Source: Haplodiscus bocki (taxonomy: Eukaryota). Taken from it: a stretch of 64,000 bases of DNA. The notes under the pieces were generated by a model. That model saw nothing but the letters and a program-made list of their open reading frames with translations, searched no databases and was not told where the DNA came from. This document shows, in pieces, positions 49,033 through 63,100 of the stretch. The DNA is taken from the NCBI GenBank assembly GCA_965655095.1, contig OZ296651.1, positions 47,926,001 to 47,990,000 of the forward strand, in the 5' to 3' direction. Position 1 is the first letter of the stretch, and each line of letters begins with the position of its first letter. Position numbers and translations under genes: made by a program.

Positions 49033-49773
49033 CCTCTGCGAACTATTTCAAGATTATCTGTTTCTTGCAGGTCAAAAGAAACAGATGTGAGTTTCACGAA
49101 TCGGCATAGGCATCAATTACCGCGAGCTCCATGAAGATAACTTGATGATTAGGAAGTCCGTCGGTGTTTTAACACCGCGTGAATATTTGTAATGCGGTCA
49201 TTTCTGTCATGATTTGGTGTTATTGTTTAATTGCACTATTTGTGCTGCCATATGGTTTTTAAATGTAAAAAATGAATTGGCAATATTGCATTCATTTAGT
49301 TGAACTATGATTTTACATTTGATGATGTTATTTGAAGCTGAACGCTTTTTTGGCATTTTGTTTATATCCTTTTGGCATGCAGGTTTTTTTACTGGAATCT
49401 GTTGTAAATTGTTTTGTTTTTGGAAATAGAAATAGTTCAGAGGAAATTCAGTTTAATGTACTATCTGTGTTTCAATTTATATGTTTTCGGTATGCGACCA
49501 ATTTTTGACTTGGAGTGGAAAACTGTTTTGAGGACACACCCGATAAATGACTGCAGATTCAGTTGATTCCAGACAAAGTGTACCATAGACGAGACTGAAG
49601 AGTTGCTAGGCTTTAATAAAAAAACGGATTTTCTAAAGTTTTCTTTCATCAAAAATTTTTCTTTGTTCATTGGGCGTTTTTCCGTTTGAGAGAAATCAGA
49701 CTGCAAATCTTGACTTGTGTTTTTTATCGTGTACTTCCTCGTTTGAAACACATCCTTTTGCATTTTTTAAGAA

Positions 49774-50766
49774 ATGAATAGACAAGTAACTGTTGCTGAA
49801 GTTACAGGCGAAGGTTTCCTGCGCAACAGCCAGAACACTGTAATAAGGGGGATAGTTTTGGTTCTGAAAAAAAGTGATCGGCCACTTCAGTTGTTTAGAC
49901 CTCAAGCTACAAAATTGAAACGACCACTTCCTGAAGGGACATATGACAGAATGGCTATTATTGGTCAATGGAATAGTAAAGATTGTTTTGTCGTCATCTC
50001 AGTTTCCGCGCAGAAGTCTGCTAAACTGTTTTCGGATCGTCATCTGACTGTTGGTTCTGTTGTAGAGGTTACAGAGCCTATATATTCGAACACGTGTTTA
50101 GGGAATGACAAAAATAATCCGATTATTGAAACTCATCAGGCGATCGTTGTTATCAATAACGTAAGCAATGAGGATTTTCCGCCAATTCCAATTATTTCCC
50201 TACCGAGCACGCCCGCAATGTTCCATTACACTCTCAACAGTAGAAATTTGTTGTTTTTGCATGGAAACATTATATCACCTACGTGTTCTGGAAGTATGTG
50301 CGACCGTCGTATTCTCAGAAATGAAACGGTGTGCGCTTGCTTACACAAGAATTCAGTTTCGTCGTGGACTGTCGCCGCACGCATCATTTCTAGGGACGTG
50401 GAAGAAGAAGCGGACGATCCCCTGAGCGGAGACATGACCCAAAGTCATCAGTTGGCATCGTTCTTTTGCAGCAATGACGTTCTTCGATTGCCAGCTAGCT
50501 CGGTTGAATTGAATCTGTTGCGTGAATCAATGACTAGGGTGACAGCATATGTCAACGATAATGGTGGTTGGAGAATATCTGGCTACAGCAAATCCAGTGT
50601 CAGTGATGAGTCAATTACTCAAGCTGTTCATCATGTGCGAATTTGTCGTCTTATGCCAGCTTCGGTAATCCCGAACAACTTGAAGTACACTATTGGTAAT
50701 GCTCGGCAACCGCCCAATCGGCCACCTCCACTACAGCATGCCAACCCGAATGTTCAGCACGATTGA
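49774..50766 (+). CDS. Conserved 330-aa accessory protein (B2); putative OB-fold
   Basis: Paralogue of 34734-35729. The frame is preserved through the diverged 3' third, including an in-frame 3-nt indel. Confidence 0.6.
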   Translation: MNRQVTVAEVTGEGFLRNSQNTVIRGIVLVLKKSDRPLQLFRPQATKLKRPLPEGTYDRMAIIGQWNSKDCFVVISVSAQKSAKLFSDRHLTVGSVVEVTEPIYSNTCLGNDKNNPIIETHQAIVVINNVSNEDFPPIPIISLPSTPAMFHYTLNSRNLLFLHGNIISPTCSGSMCDRRILRNETVCACLHKNSVSSWTVAARIISRDVEEEADDPLSGDMTQSHQLASFFCSNDVLRLPASSVELNLLRESMTRVTAYVNDNGGWRISGYSKSSVSDESITQAVHHVRICRLMPASVIPNNLKYTIGNARQPPNRPPPLQHANPNVQHD

Positions 50767-51889
50767 TTTGTTATGGATTTTTCAAAGTCCCCTACGGATA
50801 TGTGCTTTTTGAAGTCGAATGAGAATGAACATATAGAAGGATGTTCCTTTTTGAAAGTTTCACATCTATTGTTATTCTGTAGTGCCGTCGATGAATTCAA
50901 CGCAGTTGCCTTAGCAATTCAACTTTACATGGTCTCTTTTACATTTAAACCTTCTTTCCACAAACTTTACAATGAAACAAACAACTGTTTTTCTCTCACC
51001 TAAATAAATCTTGTTTCGTTATGGCAGTACCCTGCATTATTCTCTGTAAAGTAGTTCGATTTACTTCAATAATCCACGTTGAAGGTTTTATGAAATTTTC
51101 ACTACGCTTTTCAATGTTAGTAAAGCACTTTGGAAGTAATTTTCTTAAGTCAGTGGCCTCTCAATAATGATGCTATCATTAGTATTAGAAGATATATTTG
51201 CTCCAATTTGTCAAGATATTGATAAATTTAACGTACTCAAATTAGATAGGAACTTTTGCTTCGCGATTTGCCTCGTGTTCAAATAGTTTACTCATAAAGT
51301 TGGAGGAACAAATGAAAATACTTTGAAAGTGTTCAAAGTTCTAAAAGAGATTCACTGTGAATAGCAACGATTTATAGTTTGCATGAGCCGTGAAGTCATT
51401 TCGATGTCCCAAGTCAGTGGTACGCTCACAGAAGTCTATGTTGTCTTTGTTCAAAATGTCGCAGTGATTAAACGGAGATGAAATTCTCGTTTAAAATAAG
51501 ACAGTAAAGAAGGTTGAGCGAATTTTGCAGTGTGTGAGCCTCGTTTTGCTATGTAGACATATCGATCTTTTAGGAACATTTATAAATGGGAAAACGTGTA
51601 GGAGCTTTGAAATTTTTCATAAACAGCTGTTTTGAGTTTTATGTTTCTTCTCAAAATTTAATTGTTATTTTTGGACCTGGTTTTTTCAATAGGAGTTGGA
51701 AAAAGTTCTTTTACTCAGGGGTTTTTCTTTGATAAAGTCGGATCTATTTTTCCGTTTTGGCTATTGTTGTTCATTTCTTGAACGGTTTTAGCTTCTGTTC
51801 TGTTGAGATTGAGAGTTAATTTTTTTTACTTTTATGACAAAACTCCATTTCAGTTGGTGTCCACAGATACCTATCCAACATTCACTGGG

Positions 51890-52914
51890 TGGTCAGGGAT
51901 GTAACCTTCTTAGAATCCGAGGCCGGGTAGGGTCCCGCTGCCGAGGTTAAAAAATAATCGATAAATTTTCATCATACCGCATGGTAGGTCTGGGAAGCCG
52001 ATCTCGGGTCCTACCCGATAGAATTTATTCATATTTTGCATGCGGTGCTCAAATGGCGAGGTGAGAAAGGGGAGGAGGGAAAAAACTTTTTCCATTCACA
52101 ACGTGATGAGTTATGACGGAATGATCGTGTTTTTTGCCCCGATTTTGAATTCTCATCGCTCTAGTTCCACATCTACCCGATACAATTGGCCCAAATTTTG
52201 TGTGTGAGGCACAAATGATTTGAACAATTTGCATGCCAAAAATTTTTGGCCCAGCCGTTTTCGTTCGGGAGATAGGCGCTGATGAATTTTCGGATTTTTG
52301 CAAAAAATGCGTCATTCCGTCATTTTTGATAGCCAAAACCAACTTTTTCTCGTATGCTAGCCTCCGCTAAGGATGCCAAAACTGAACCGGCAATTGATTT
52401 TGGTTGGCCAAAATTTTTCGGTCAAAATGCCGAAAAAAAATGACGGAAATGACGGGAAAAAAATGACGGAAATGACGGATTTTTTTTTCAAAAAAAAATA
52501 ATTTTTCGCGAAATTTTCATTTTTGCACGAAAAATGCGCCTGACAGTGTTGCACAGCCTTTAGACAAGTGGTTGTTGACTTTTTGATTGTTTTTCACTTC
52601 AGATGAGGCAATCATTTTTTTGAAGCACAAGTTTTGAAGACATGCAATGCCTCACAAATATTGAAAATTCCCGTTGTTCTGGAGATCAGCTCCGCGCCGA
52701 TCTCCAGAACAAAGGGTTCAAAGAGCAAAAAGAAAAGCACTGGAGTGCTCTAATTCCTTTTTTCGAAGAAATGAGACAGCAGACTGCCATCAATACCAAG
52801 ACAATTAACATTAATTTTCTTTGATCACAATTGCCAAAAAGGAAGTACAGTATTCTTCCCAAGATACTTACATATTATCCTCCTCTCGCAGTTGTTACCC
52901 TTTCCTCCACTGGG
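51890..52914 (+). mobile_element. Non-autonomous unit A2 (1,025 bp)
   Basis: Near-identical to A1, with the same junction motifs. Confidence 0.85.
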
Positions 52915-53939
52915 TGGTCAGGGATGTAACCTTCTTAGAATCCGAGGCCGGGTAGGGTCCCGCTGCCGAGGTTAAAAAATAATCGATAAATTTTCATCAT
53001 ACCGCATGGTAGGTCTGGGAAGCCGATCTCGGGTCCTACCCGATAGAATTTATTCATATTTTGCATGCGGTCATAAAATGACGAGGTAAGAAAGGGGAGG
53101 AGGGAAAAAACTTTTTCCATTCACAACGTGATGAGTTATGACGGAATGATCGTGTTTTTTGCCCCGATTTTGAATTCTCATCGCTCTAGTTCCACATCTA
53201 CCCGATACAATTGGCCCAAATTTTGTGTGTGAGGCACAAATGATTTGAACAATTTGCATGCCAAAAATTTTTGGCCCAGTCGTTTTCGTTCGGGAGATAG
53301 GCGTTAATGAATTTTCGGATTTTTGCAAAAAATGCGTCATTCCGTCATTTTTGATCGCCAAAACCAACTTTTTCCCGTAAGCTAGCCTTCGCCAAGGATG
53401 CCAAAACTGAACCGGCAATTGATTCTGATTGGCCAAAATTTTTCGGTCAAAATGCCGAAAAAAAATGACGGAAATGACGGGAAAAAAATGACGGAAATGA
53501 CGGATTTTTTTTTCAAAAAAAAATAATTTTTCGCGAAATTATCATTTTTGCACGAAAAATGCGCCTGACAGTGTTGCACAGCCATTAGACAAGTGGTTGT
53601 TGACTTTTTGATTGTTTTTCACCTCAGATGAGGCAATCATTTTTTTGAAGCACAAGTTTTGAAGACATGCAATGCCTCACAAATATTGAAAATTCCCGTT
53701 GTTCTGGAGATCAGCTCCGCGCCGATCTCCAGAACAAAGGGTTCAAAGAGCAAAAAGAAAAGCACTGGAGTGCTCTAATTCCTTTTTTCGAAGAAATGAG
53801 ACAGCAGACTGCCATCAATACCAAGACAATTAACATCAATTTTCTTAGATCACAGTTGCCAAAAAGGAAGTACAGTATTCTTCCCAAGATACTTACATAT
53901 TATCCTCCTCTCGCAGTTGTTACCCTTTCCTCCACTGGG
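52915..53939 (+). mobile_element. Non-autonomous unit A3 (1,025 bp)
   Basis: Slightly diverged copy of A1/A2, with the same junction motifs. Confidence 0.85.
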
Positions 53940-54530
53940 TGGTCAGGGGATCGCGCCCCACATTAGTCTTTGCGAGGCGGGGGAGGGGCCCCTTTGCCGA
54001 GCGTTAAAATATAAGAAAAAACAAATATGCACAAACGGTATAGGGAATTAGCGATCTCAGCTCCCACCCATACGATTTGGATCAAACTTTGCATGCGGGC
54101 ATAACTTTCAATTCTAAGAACAATGGTGCTAGTTAGATCATTCTAGCAAAAATGGTTGAGGAATTATGACGGGATGATTCTGTTTTTTGGCCTCATTTTG
54201 CAGTTTTTTACCGACAGCCCTGCAAGTAACCACATGCATTTGGCCGAAACTTTTCGTGTGAAGCAGAATAACTAAGGGCTACACGCATGCAAAAAATTTT
54301 CTACCAACTCGGCATAGGTGTGGAGATATGACGGATCAAATTTGGAAAAAAATGCCAAAAATTGATCATTTCGTCATAGCTCCCACATTGAAGTACATAG
54401 TTTGCGCTCTGGAGTGCCTCCAGTATGAAATTGACTCCATAACTTGAAAGCTATTTTTTCGACGATGAAAAGGTTTCGGCCAGTTTGCCGAAAGAAATGA
54501 CGGTTATGACGAATTTTTTGAAAAAAAAAC
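53940..54530 (+). mobile_element. Left end of a diverged sister-family element (C)
   Basis: Starts TGGTCAGGGGAT and is patchily colinear with the A/B left end: CGAGGCGGGGGAGGGGCCCC..TGCCGAG, CGATCTC..CCCACCC, TTTGCATGCGG, TTGGCCGAAA..GTGTGA, GCATGCAAAAAATTTT and ATGACGG repeats. Right boundary unknown. Confidence 0.7.
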
Positions 54531-57500
54531 AATTTTTACCAAAAGCTCAATTTTCCTTGTAGAATTCGTTTCTGATACTTTTGTGGACGGATTTTTTTCG
54601 GAAACTGCTTTAGTGCAAAACGTTCTTCGACTTGGGGTAAATTTTGGGGTAAAAGTCTTCTGCGAAAAAAAATCAGTTTTTGGGAAGAAATCAAATGATG
54701 TTTTGTTATTTTTGTAAAAATGTTATCTGGTACTTTTACGAGGAACAGTTTGCGAGGTTTCTGGAGGCAAGAAACATTTCGTTGGGAAAAAACGAATTGA
54801 AGCGAGCAGCGCAGTTCGTATGGTAGAAATCTTATCTGTTTTTCCCTGCGATAATGGAAGGAAATATTCGAGCGGAAAAAAGTCGGCTATTTTCGGGAAA
54901 AAATTTTGAAAAACGGAGATCTTGCTCCGAATCCCCAATGAAAAACGAGAAGTCTCAGGGTTGTCGTTGTACATATCGATTGTGGTGTTGCTTTCCAGGT
55001 AAACGTCTGTAATTTTATCCATGTCAAAATTAGATTTTAAATCTCAGAAAATAATGAGATATGCAAAATAATTGACAGTCAATTTTAACAAGGTAATTGA
55101 TCCTTAACGCAGCAATTAGCTGAGACACTGGCCCACAATTGTGTGTTAAGCTTAAGCAGCCAATTGAAAAGGTAGCCTATTTTTTCGAAAATTATACGAA
55201 AGAGCAAAAAAGGTGAGAGTCAATTTCAAGAGATAGTTGTTCCATAACGTACGTATTGGTTGAGACACGGGCCCAAAACAACAAGTTGTGCATCTAATTG
55301 GTGATCCATCTAAAGTTTCAGCTCGTCAGGTAGATGCGTAGCAGATATCGCGGTAGTATGCGACATGATTCTTAACCTACAAAGAAAACTTTTTGGCAGG
55401 AAAGCAGGAACTCTTACGCGTGCTGTTTTGGTTAGGTGTTTTTCCAACATACAAAAGGTACGAATGACAGAACGATCCTGTTTAGTGTGTTACTACAACA
55501 TTTCAGATTGGTGTTGCGACTTTCCAAAAAAACAATTGAGGGTTTTTGTAGTTTCAGTTATGGATAATGCAAAAGGAAAACTCCTTTATGCCATGCATGT
55601 CTCTCCAAACCAACATTACTATGTTCCAAAAGAAATACGGCAACTTGGGATGCAACAAAATCGCAGTATGCAAGTGATTTTAAAGGCACTGTACATCATC
55701 CGCTTAACTTGAAAATTCTGAGAATTGAAAAACTGAGCAGCCGAGACAAATTTTTTAATAAATTGTAAATAATTTTTTGGGGACACAATAAACCTAAGTC
55801 AAAAAGTTGATTCAAACACATTTTTTGGGTATTTCACGCCATTTGGTTGAGCAAAAACTAATTTTTGACGGTTAAACGCTGACTTCATTCAAGTTAACGT
55901 TGTTTAAGTATGGTAAACTTGCTAAGACTCGAAGAAGTCACATTTAGTTGCATCTATGTAACCAATTTATTATTGCCACTTGCTTCAACTGTTGATACGA
56001 AGAACGCTTTTTTTAACATTTTGAAACTCTAGCTCAGGAAACTTGTTAATACCATCAGAAGCAACGACAATATGTTTCATCTGGAGCGTGGAATTCAAAA
56101 CGAGTACAACTTTACTTATGGCCGATGTTGTTTGTCGACATCTCAAAAGACAAATCAACAGTACTAAGCCTGACAAACTCAAGCCTCATGAATGTGTGCT
56201 TGTATTCATCGATTGAAGAGGTCATATTTTGCGTGTTTAAAGAAACAAATAGCAATGTAAAGTTTCGATTAGGGAAGAGTTTGAATTTTATCTTTGTTAA
56301 AGTCTGCTTTAGGCCAAGAATAAGACGGTCAACTATTTCACATCCTGCGCCGGTCGCAATATCCATTGACGATGGATGACCGGCAGAAAGTGATGGGCTC
56401 TGTTGGCTCCTTCCAAATACGGGTAGAGTTCTCGTTCGGATTGTTACGCAAGTATTCAGAAAAGAAATGGAGGCTTTGTATTAGTACGGGAAGTTGTTAG
56501 AGGGTGAATGTACAGGCAGTATGAAAATTAGTAGTGCAGCCGACAGTCGAAATTACACATACTACGTTGTACAAGCCGTCAATATCTACGAAAATGAAAT
56601 AATCTCGCAACCTTTATACCACTTTTTCGAAAACAAAAACCACGCTAATGGAAAGGTGTTGGCCTTTCGGTATACATTTTTAGGAACATTGTCACATCAT
56701 TTGCATAAAAGGCATGTTGTTGAGGATTGAAGAAACTTGTTGCAAAGTTATCAACGCCATATAGAAGCTTATGGTTGAGAAACGAAAGTAACGCTCTAAC
56801 CAAGTTAACTGGAACTTTTTTGGAAGGGTAATTTCAACCACGAAGAAATGGTTAATGAAAACTTGGCTTCTGATGCAGAAGAAATAACATGCACAATTTG
56901 GACAAAGTGTTAATGAGCACCGTTAGAACTACATTACCCAATGAAAGTCGAAGAAGACGAAATGGAAGACAAATGCTGGTACATCATCAGGAAGATGCTT
57001 TCGGATAAAAGCCACTATCTTTCATTGCCACTAACGTTGAATAAGTTATTCGGTGAATCACAATTTGATAATCCATATAAAACGAAGGAGAAGTCATAAG
57101 CTAGCAAAAAAATTCGAATGGTGGACTTTCCGCGGCAGAACTTCATATCACCGTTTAATATCGACAAAAATATTCTACAAGTATTTTATTTACAAAGTCT
57201 GCGCTGTAATACAACTGAGAATCGAGGTATTCAAGAGGCCGTGCTATTGTACAGTGCAACAAACAATACAATGAAGAAAAGCCAACTGTGAAAGTAGAGC
57301 CACATTGGATATACATTTACTTAAGAAATAGGAGTTGAGGCAAATTGTGGAAAGAGAGCAATCGTCAAAAATTGAAACTAAGCTTGTTGAGATTCAAATT
57401 TTATGAGGCGTGGGCATTGACATCGTGAAAATTTGATTCAAACCAAGTTATGCGAAGGCAAGCACAGTGGCCTTAAACAGTGTCAAACAAGAGAGTAATA

Positions 57501-60124
57501 TGATAACAACCTGTAGTTCCTGTTTGCACACTTATCATTTGTTCCAGTTTGACCGCGCAATTGCAAAGTCATAATTTCCTCAAAAGAAACATTTCTTGGA
57601 TATTAAAGTCTTCCACCACACTTAGAACAAGCTAAAAGCTTACAATTTTTATCAAAAAGTTATGATCGCAACCATGATCGTTTTTGTAATGAACCGCATT
57701 TTAGAGAAAGGACAATCAATCAGTTCAAAAGTAGTATATTTCAAATTGTAGGTACAAGGAAAATAATGTGATTGCAACTTATTTGACTCTTGTGTATGAC
57801 GTTTCAGTTTGTGAAAAGGCTCAGAAAAGGATCTTTGCTGAGTTGTTTCTGTTTTCCAAAAAAAAACTTCACGTAAAGTAGTCGAAAAGGATCAACTATG
57901 GAAGTACAAAGCGTGTCATCATTAAAAAAAATTCAGCAAGATTGCACACGTACTTTTCTGACAAAGGTACTGCAAAAATGTGTATCCATTCAAAAGATGA
58001 AGAATCGATGAACTGCATGTGGCTAAGACAGATCATCAGTTTTTCCCTGAGATAATTGATTCGTAGCGCATAGAAAAAGCCAAGCGTTTGATGGAAAATG
58101 GAGAACACTCAGTTGCATTTGGAGTGACTGTTGCTAAAATAGTCATTTTATCATGGAAGAGAAAATTGAACAAAAATGGTTTCTGACGTGAGAAGTGCGA
58201 GTTTTAGCACGCACTTAGCACTTAGGATTGCAAGGGGGGAAGCACCAGCAAAAATTCGATTCAAAGCAACAAAAGCAAGACAAAGGACTTCCACACAGTA
58301 AAATTTATGATTCGTTTTATTGCGAATTGCCGGACGGAGACACTTTTTATTGCTGCAAAAACATCAAACCTATTGCAGAGTTTGCAGTCTTGGTTGGTTG
58401 CTTGCAGCTTGATTGACAGTTGTCCGAAATGAAAATGATCACAAAACTCTAGCAGTCACATAGAAGGCGGCTACATATGATCAACCGATTCATCGTCATT
58501 TTGATGCCCGGTTATCTCGAAACCCCTCCTTTAACCCCCAGAAGTACACAATGTAAGGGCACGAAATCCAACAGCCACGAATCATTAGGGCTGAAACTTT
58601 AGGCATTTGAGTATTAAAAAATGGTTCGACGCAAAAACGAGTCAATTCCAGTCTTTAATTGGACAGTGCATATTTACGAAGCTCCAAGCGGTTTCAGGCA
58701 AATTCAGCACAGCAACACAAAGTTTGCGTTGTTTTACAGTTAACACCAAGAAGCATTAAAAACTTGTTGAAATTTATTTCAGTGGGTACCAACGTGCGGC
58801 CAATATCAATTTAAAGTTGTAACATCCAATGCTTCAAATAGTACACATGTGATGACTTCTAACAAATTCAATTTCTTATAGAACTTATGATCGGACACAA
58901 GATGTTCGTTAAGAAAAGGAGTTTTCGTTAAATTGCTGAAATTATTTCTAAAGTTCACAAGAATAAGTGCATCACAAAATTATCTTACGTTTGTTGAAAT
59001 GTGCTCAAATTCAAATTATGTTTTCGCTACCAGGAAATGAAAATTTTGAGAGAAACTTTTTAGCAAAGAAACCCATAAGAAGTTCGACACTTCCCTTGGA
59101 ATTCCCCAAGTTATCAGTGGCGTTTACCTAACGACAGCCTCTGAGACAGTTTCATTTTCCAGAAAATAGCCAGAATGATACTGCAAACGAATAACAAATA
59201 TTTCTAGTTAAACATTTCAGGTTATTTCAATTTTTTCAAGTACGGTCTTTTGTTCAGACAAAGATGGAAACTAAAACATTGTGCTGCAAAGCATCCTTTC
59301 AAAATATATCGTTCATTTGCTAACATTAGGGGATGTTTAATAACTTATAGTTTATAATCCAAAAAGCATATTATTCCTAAGTTTCAGATCTGGCTTGACA
59401 TAATATGGTCCACTATCTGTGGAAAAGAAAAAATTTTCTAACAAAAACGCTCACTTTCAGAGAAATTCGTTGAACCTATTGAAAAAACTAATGGAACAAG
59501 TCAGCTTCAAATGTAAACTATTTTTGCGGACTATGCATACTACAACTACAGTAACTTGCTGTGCTTGTTGGAAAGTGTAACTATTCTGCAACACGGCGAA
59601 AGCTAAAAATGCAACTGATTTCATACAAAAAACAGAAATGGGTAGCTCAACGAATAGAAACACAAAAAGACAAGGGAACAGTTTTGAGCGAGTTCATAAG
59701 AAAAAGCACTTTATTATAAAACTAGTTAAGTTAGCAATAAGACACAAGTTAAAGCTATTGTAAACTGTTCAACTGGTTTTTTAGATGCAAGAAAGAGACA
59801 TTGAATTTTTTTAAGATAGAAAAAGTTTGCAGAAAAAGCACAATGATGTCTACATAGTAAACAAGACGGTTTGCATGCAACACTATGCAGTCGAAGCAAA
59901 CCATGTGAATGAAATCCGCCACTACTTTGTTGTACAGCCTGCCAAAACACCAGTTTTTTTGCAGTCGAAGCGGCTGCATTATACTGTAGAAGCGAAACGT
60001 CCTGAGGGGCCCCACTATGCAGTCGACGCATTTGTTTTTCAATGCATTGAAAATAGTTTGGACTTTAGAGAAGCAAAGTAACGATCGAAAAAAATTTTGA
60101 CAACAAAGTCTCTGATAGAGTTCT

Positions 60125-63100
60125 TTAGAAAGCATTCGATTGGTTGGAAGACACTACAATTTCCAAATTGTCTTCTCTGTGTGCCCATGATCTAGCAATG
60201 TTTTCAGCTAAGGGACGGCTATGGTAAAAGAAACAATGCTTTGCTTGACATTGACATAAAGTGAAGCAGCATCGAGCCATTCTTTTTCAAAAAGTCGGAT
60301 TCTCTGGCCATTCGTCCAGTTGAAACCGGTAACATAGGCACAATCTATCCACGGCATTCGAGTTGGCACCCTCGTGAATGCCAACCCCAAGCCTGCATTA
60401 TGCTCTCGAGCACGACGAACCAAGGACATACTTGAGCCAATATACAATACATTTTTTTTGAGGAACACTTTGCAGCAAGTAACAATAACCCAAAGCTTGC
60501 GTCGGCAAGTCTTGCGCTGAAGGCGGAAAAAGGGATGCTTTGGCAAGGTCAATTGCAGCATCTTTCGTGCAGTTTTTGTCAAAATTTCATGGGTTAGGTC
60601 AGACCACTGTGATCTCTTACGAGTTAGATCAAGAATCGCTTTCTTGTTAGCTTCTCTCGTTCCCACGAACGTTACGTGACTTAAACTTCTTACTCTACTC
60701 ATGACCACATACAGTTGCTCCGGAAGCCACAAACTAAACTCCCTAGACTCCACAATTTGAGTGGCCACCATAGGCAACGTTTCACCCATGGTTTTGTGGA
60801 TGGTCGAAGCTACAAACAACTTCAGAGGGAACTGGATTCTGCGGCATACTGTTTTATGGTTCAACCGAACTGTCACGCCGATCTCTTTGTTGATAACAAC
60901 ACATCGCCAAGTGTTTGTCATAACTGACAGCGGAGGAATAGTTCGGCAACCAGTTGGAGCTAGAGCAACTGTCACACTCCCATTTTCAATGCTATCCAAA
61001 GACACTAGAACACAAAGTTGGCCTTGATAAGCTGGTATTGATGGTTTATTAACTGTTAATCGTAGAATAGCTCCTGGGTAAAGAAACAAGGATCCGGGTT
61101 CGAGGCATTTCTTGTTGAGGAAATTGAAAGCTGTTGTTGACGCTTCCGTCCAGTTATCAGTGCTGGACAAACACATTTCATCTACTGTCATGTGTTCATA
61201 ATATTGAGTTCCACTGTTTTTAACGTCGGGTATTCTGTTTTCAGTTGCTTTACGCTCAGCTTGCCGTGTAGCGAAAATTCTGATACTATCGCCAGGCACG
61301 TCGGACCATGACTCCACAAAGTTGCAATTTTTTTCAATGATTTCCCAAATGCGCTTTGCATTGGCATCTGTTTTGGGGACTGAAGACATTAGAGACAACA
61401 ATTCTGGGCCGTTTTTGTTTCGCATCCTAACGAAATTCTACAAGTTGTGGAAGGCGAATGTGGTTAGAGGGAATGACGAGCTCATCAGATAGGAACCCGA
61501 AGGTGGAGGAAGTTGAAAGAAATCCCCAGTTGCAATGACCAATTTTCCACCGAAAGGAACATAATTTGAGGTTATGACTTGCAACACATGATCAAATGCT
61601 GCCCATATTTCGCTTCAGATCATCGACATCTCTTGAACAAAAAACACATCAACATTTTGCAGGAACCGGGTTTTAACAGGGGAACGCTGTAAGTTGGACA
61701 ACGCAGTCTTCGCAAGCGACTCAGCAGAAGCATTTCTTTCGACCGGAAAAGGAATTAGGGCATTTAAAGGTTTTCCGGCTAGAGCAGCAGATCTCTCAGC
61801 AGCTGAAGAGGTCACAACACAGGGTAATCCTTGACAAAGGGCATACGCAAGTGATTTCAGCATCACAAAATTTTGCCACTTCCAGGCGGACCAAAGACAA
61901 CCTGATGTCTTATGAAAGAGCACAGTCACCACCTGTAAGTATCAATTGACGGCATTAGTCTGTCCAAAGTTTGGCATTGTTCTAGGTATGATTTTTTACA
62001 CTGATCAGGGTTTTTTCGTATATTTGGTTTCCAAGGGACTGGCCCATTGACATTTGAATGTAACATGGTCTGTTCATTTGGCAAATGAGTGTGACATGTG
62101 AGGAGGAAGGCCACCATTTTACTTTTTTCCAACACCAATTGAAGAGCTAAACCTTCATCATTTTCTTCCATGACATTTCTATCAAGGGCAAGCGGCAGTG
62201 CAGCCGCAAAATGAAGATTGTTCCTTAAAAGGGCTTCGGAAATGACACTATGGGCCATCAAAAGGTTTTTTTGGAAAATTTTGGAGGATCCCGGTGTGAA
62301 ACGTAGTTGTTTTAACAAATACTTACGTGTAACAGCATTTACCTTCATGTCAGTGACGTAGCTGGGAACAACATTGGCTGCTATGAAAGCATCTTTGAAT
62401 GATTGAACGTTTAAAATGTCCATTTCCGTATAGAAATCTCCCTGAGTTAACAAAAGATGCAGTAACAATTTCGTACGATTGTTTGGTATAAATGTTGCTA
62501 TACACAACAACAGCCGTTTCCTCGGACAAACCTTTCCAATGAGCAACAAACTGGCTTTTGTTTCTGCTTCGAAGAACCGGAACGACATGTTTTCTCATTT
62601 CATTTTTCAGCTTTTTATTCCGCTCATTACTACCTTTCAAACGACAAACGTTAATGATTGATTCTACAGCAGCTGGACGTAATTTGATGACATACCCTGT
62701 GGCATCCACCCAATAAGTTTTGCGGATATTTTTTTCACTAACAGTTCATGATCGCTGGTGACTTTCTCAATTTATGATTTCCAACGAACGAACCAACTGT
62801 AATAAACCGATAAATTTGAAATGAACATGAGTTCGGGTGGACGAAGTCCGAAAAGGGTAACTTTGCCGGGTGTAACAAAACTGGTTTCAACATTCGCAAG
62901 CAAAAGTATCTGACTTTCCGTGAACTGCCGGTTTTTCGGAAGTTGCAGAACTTCACTGCGCACGCGAACTGCTTCGTTAAAAGTTGTGCTGAATTTCAAT
63001 TTGCTGTTATATTTTTCCTTCACAAACCCTGAGCAATATGCTTTTGGAACTGTAGGCACATGTACGAAATCGACGTTTGTGCAAACGTAAGGGAGTTGTA

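Larger units (their letters stand above)
36920..51889 (+). mobile_element. Autonomous Helitron-like element B2 (14,970 bp), intact ORFs
   Basis: Bounded by CACTGGG|TGGTCAGGG junctions. Contains an uninterrupted 8.3-kb RepHel ORF and two accessory ORFs. Confidence 0.92.

Noticed and set aside
21861-51889. B1/B2 as a false duplication in the assembly
   Set aside because: The copies differ by many synonymous substitutions, by indels in non-coding DNA and in their 3' ends. They are distinct subfamily members.
20836-53939. Penelope-like or LTR/DIRS retroelement with A units as (pseudo-)LTRs, suggested by the GIY-YIG domain and tandem direct repeats
   Set aside because: No reverse transcriptase, integrase or tyrosine recombinase motifs. 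The core enzyme is HUH Rep plus Pif1.
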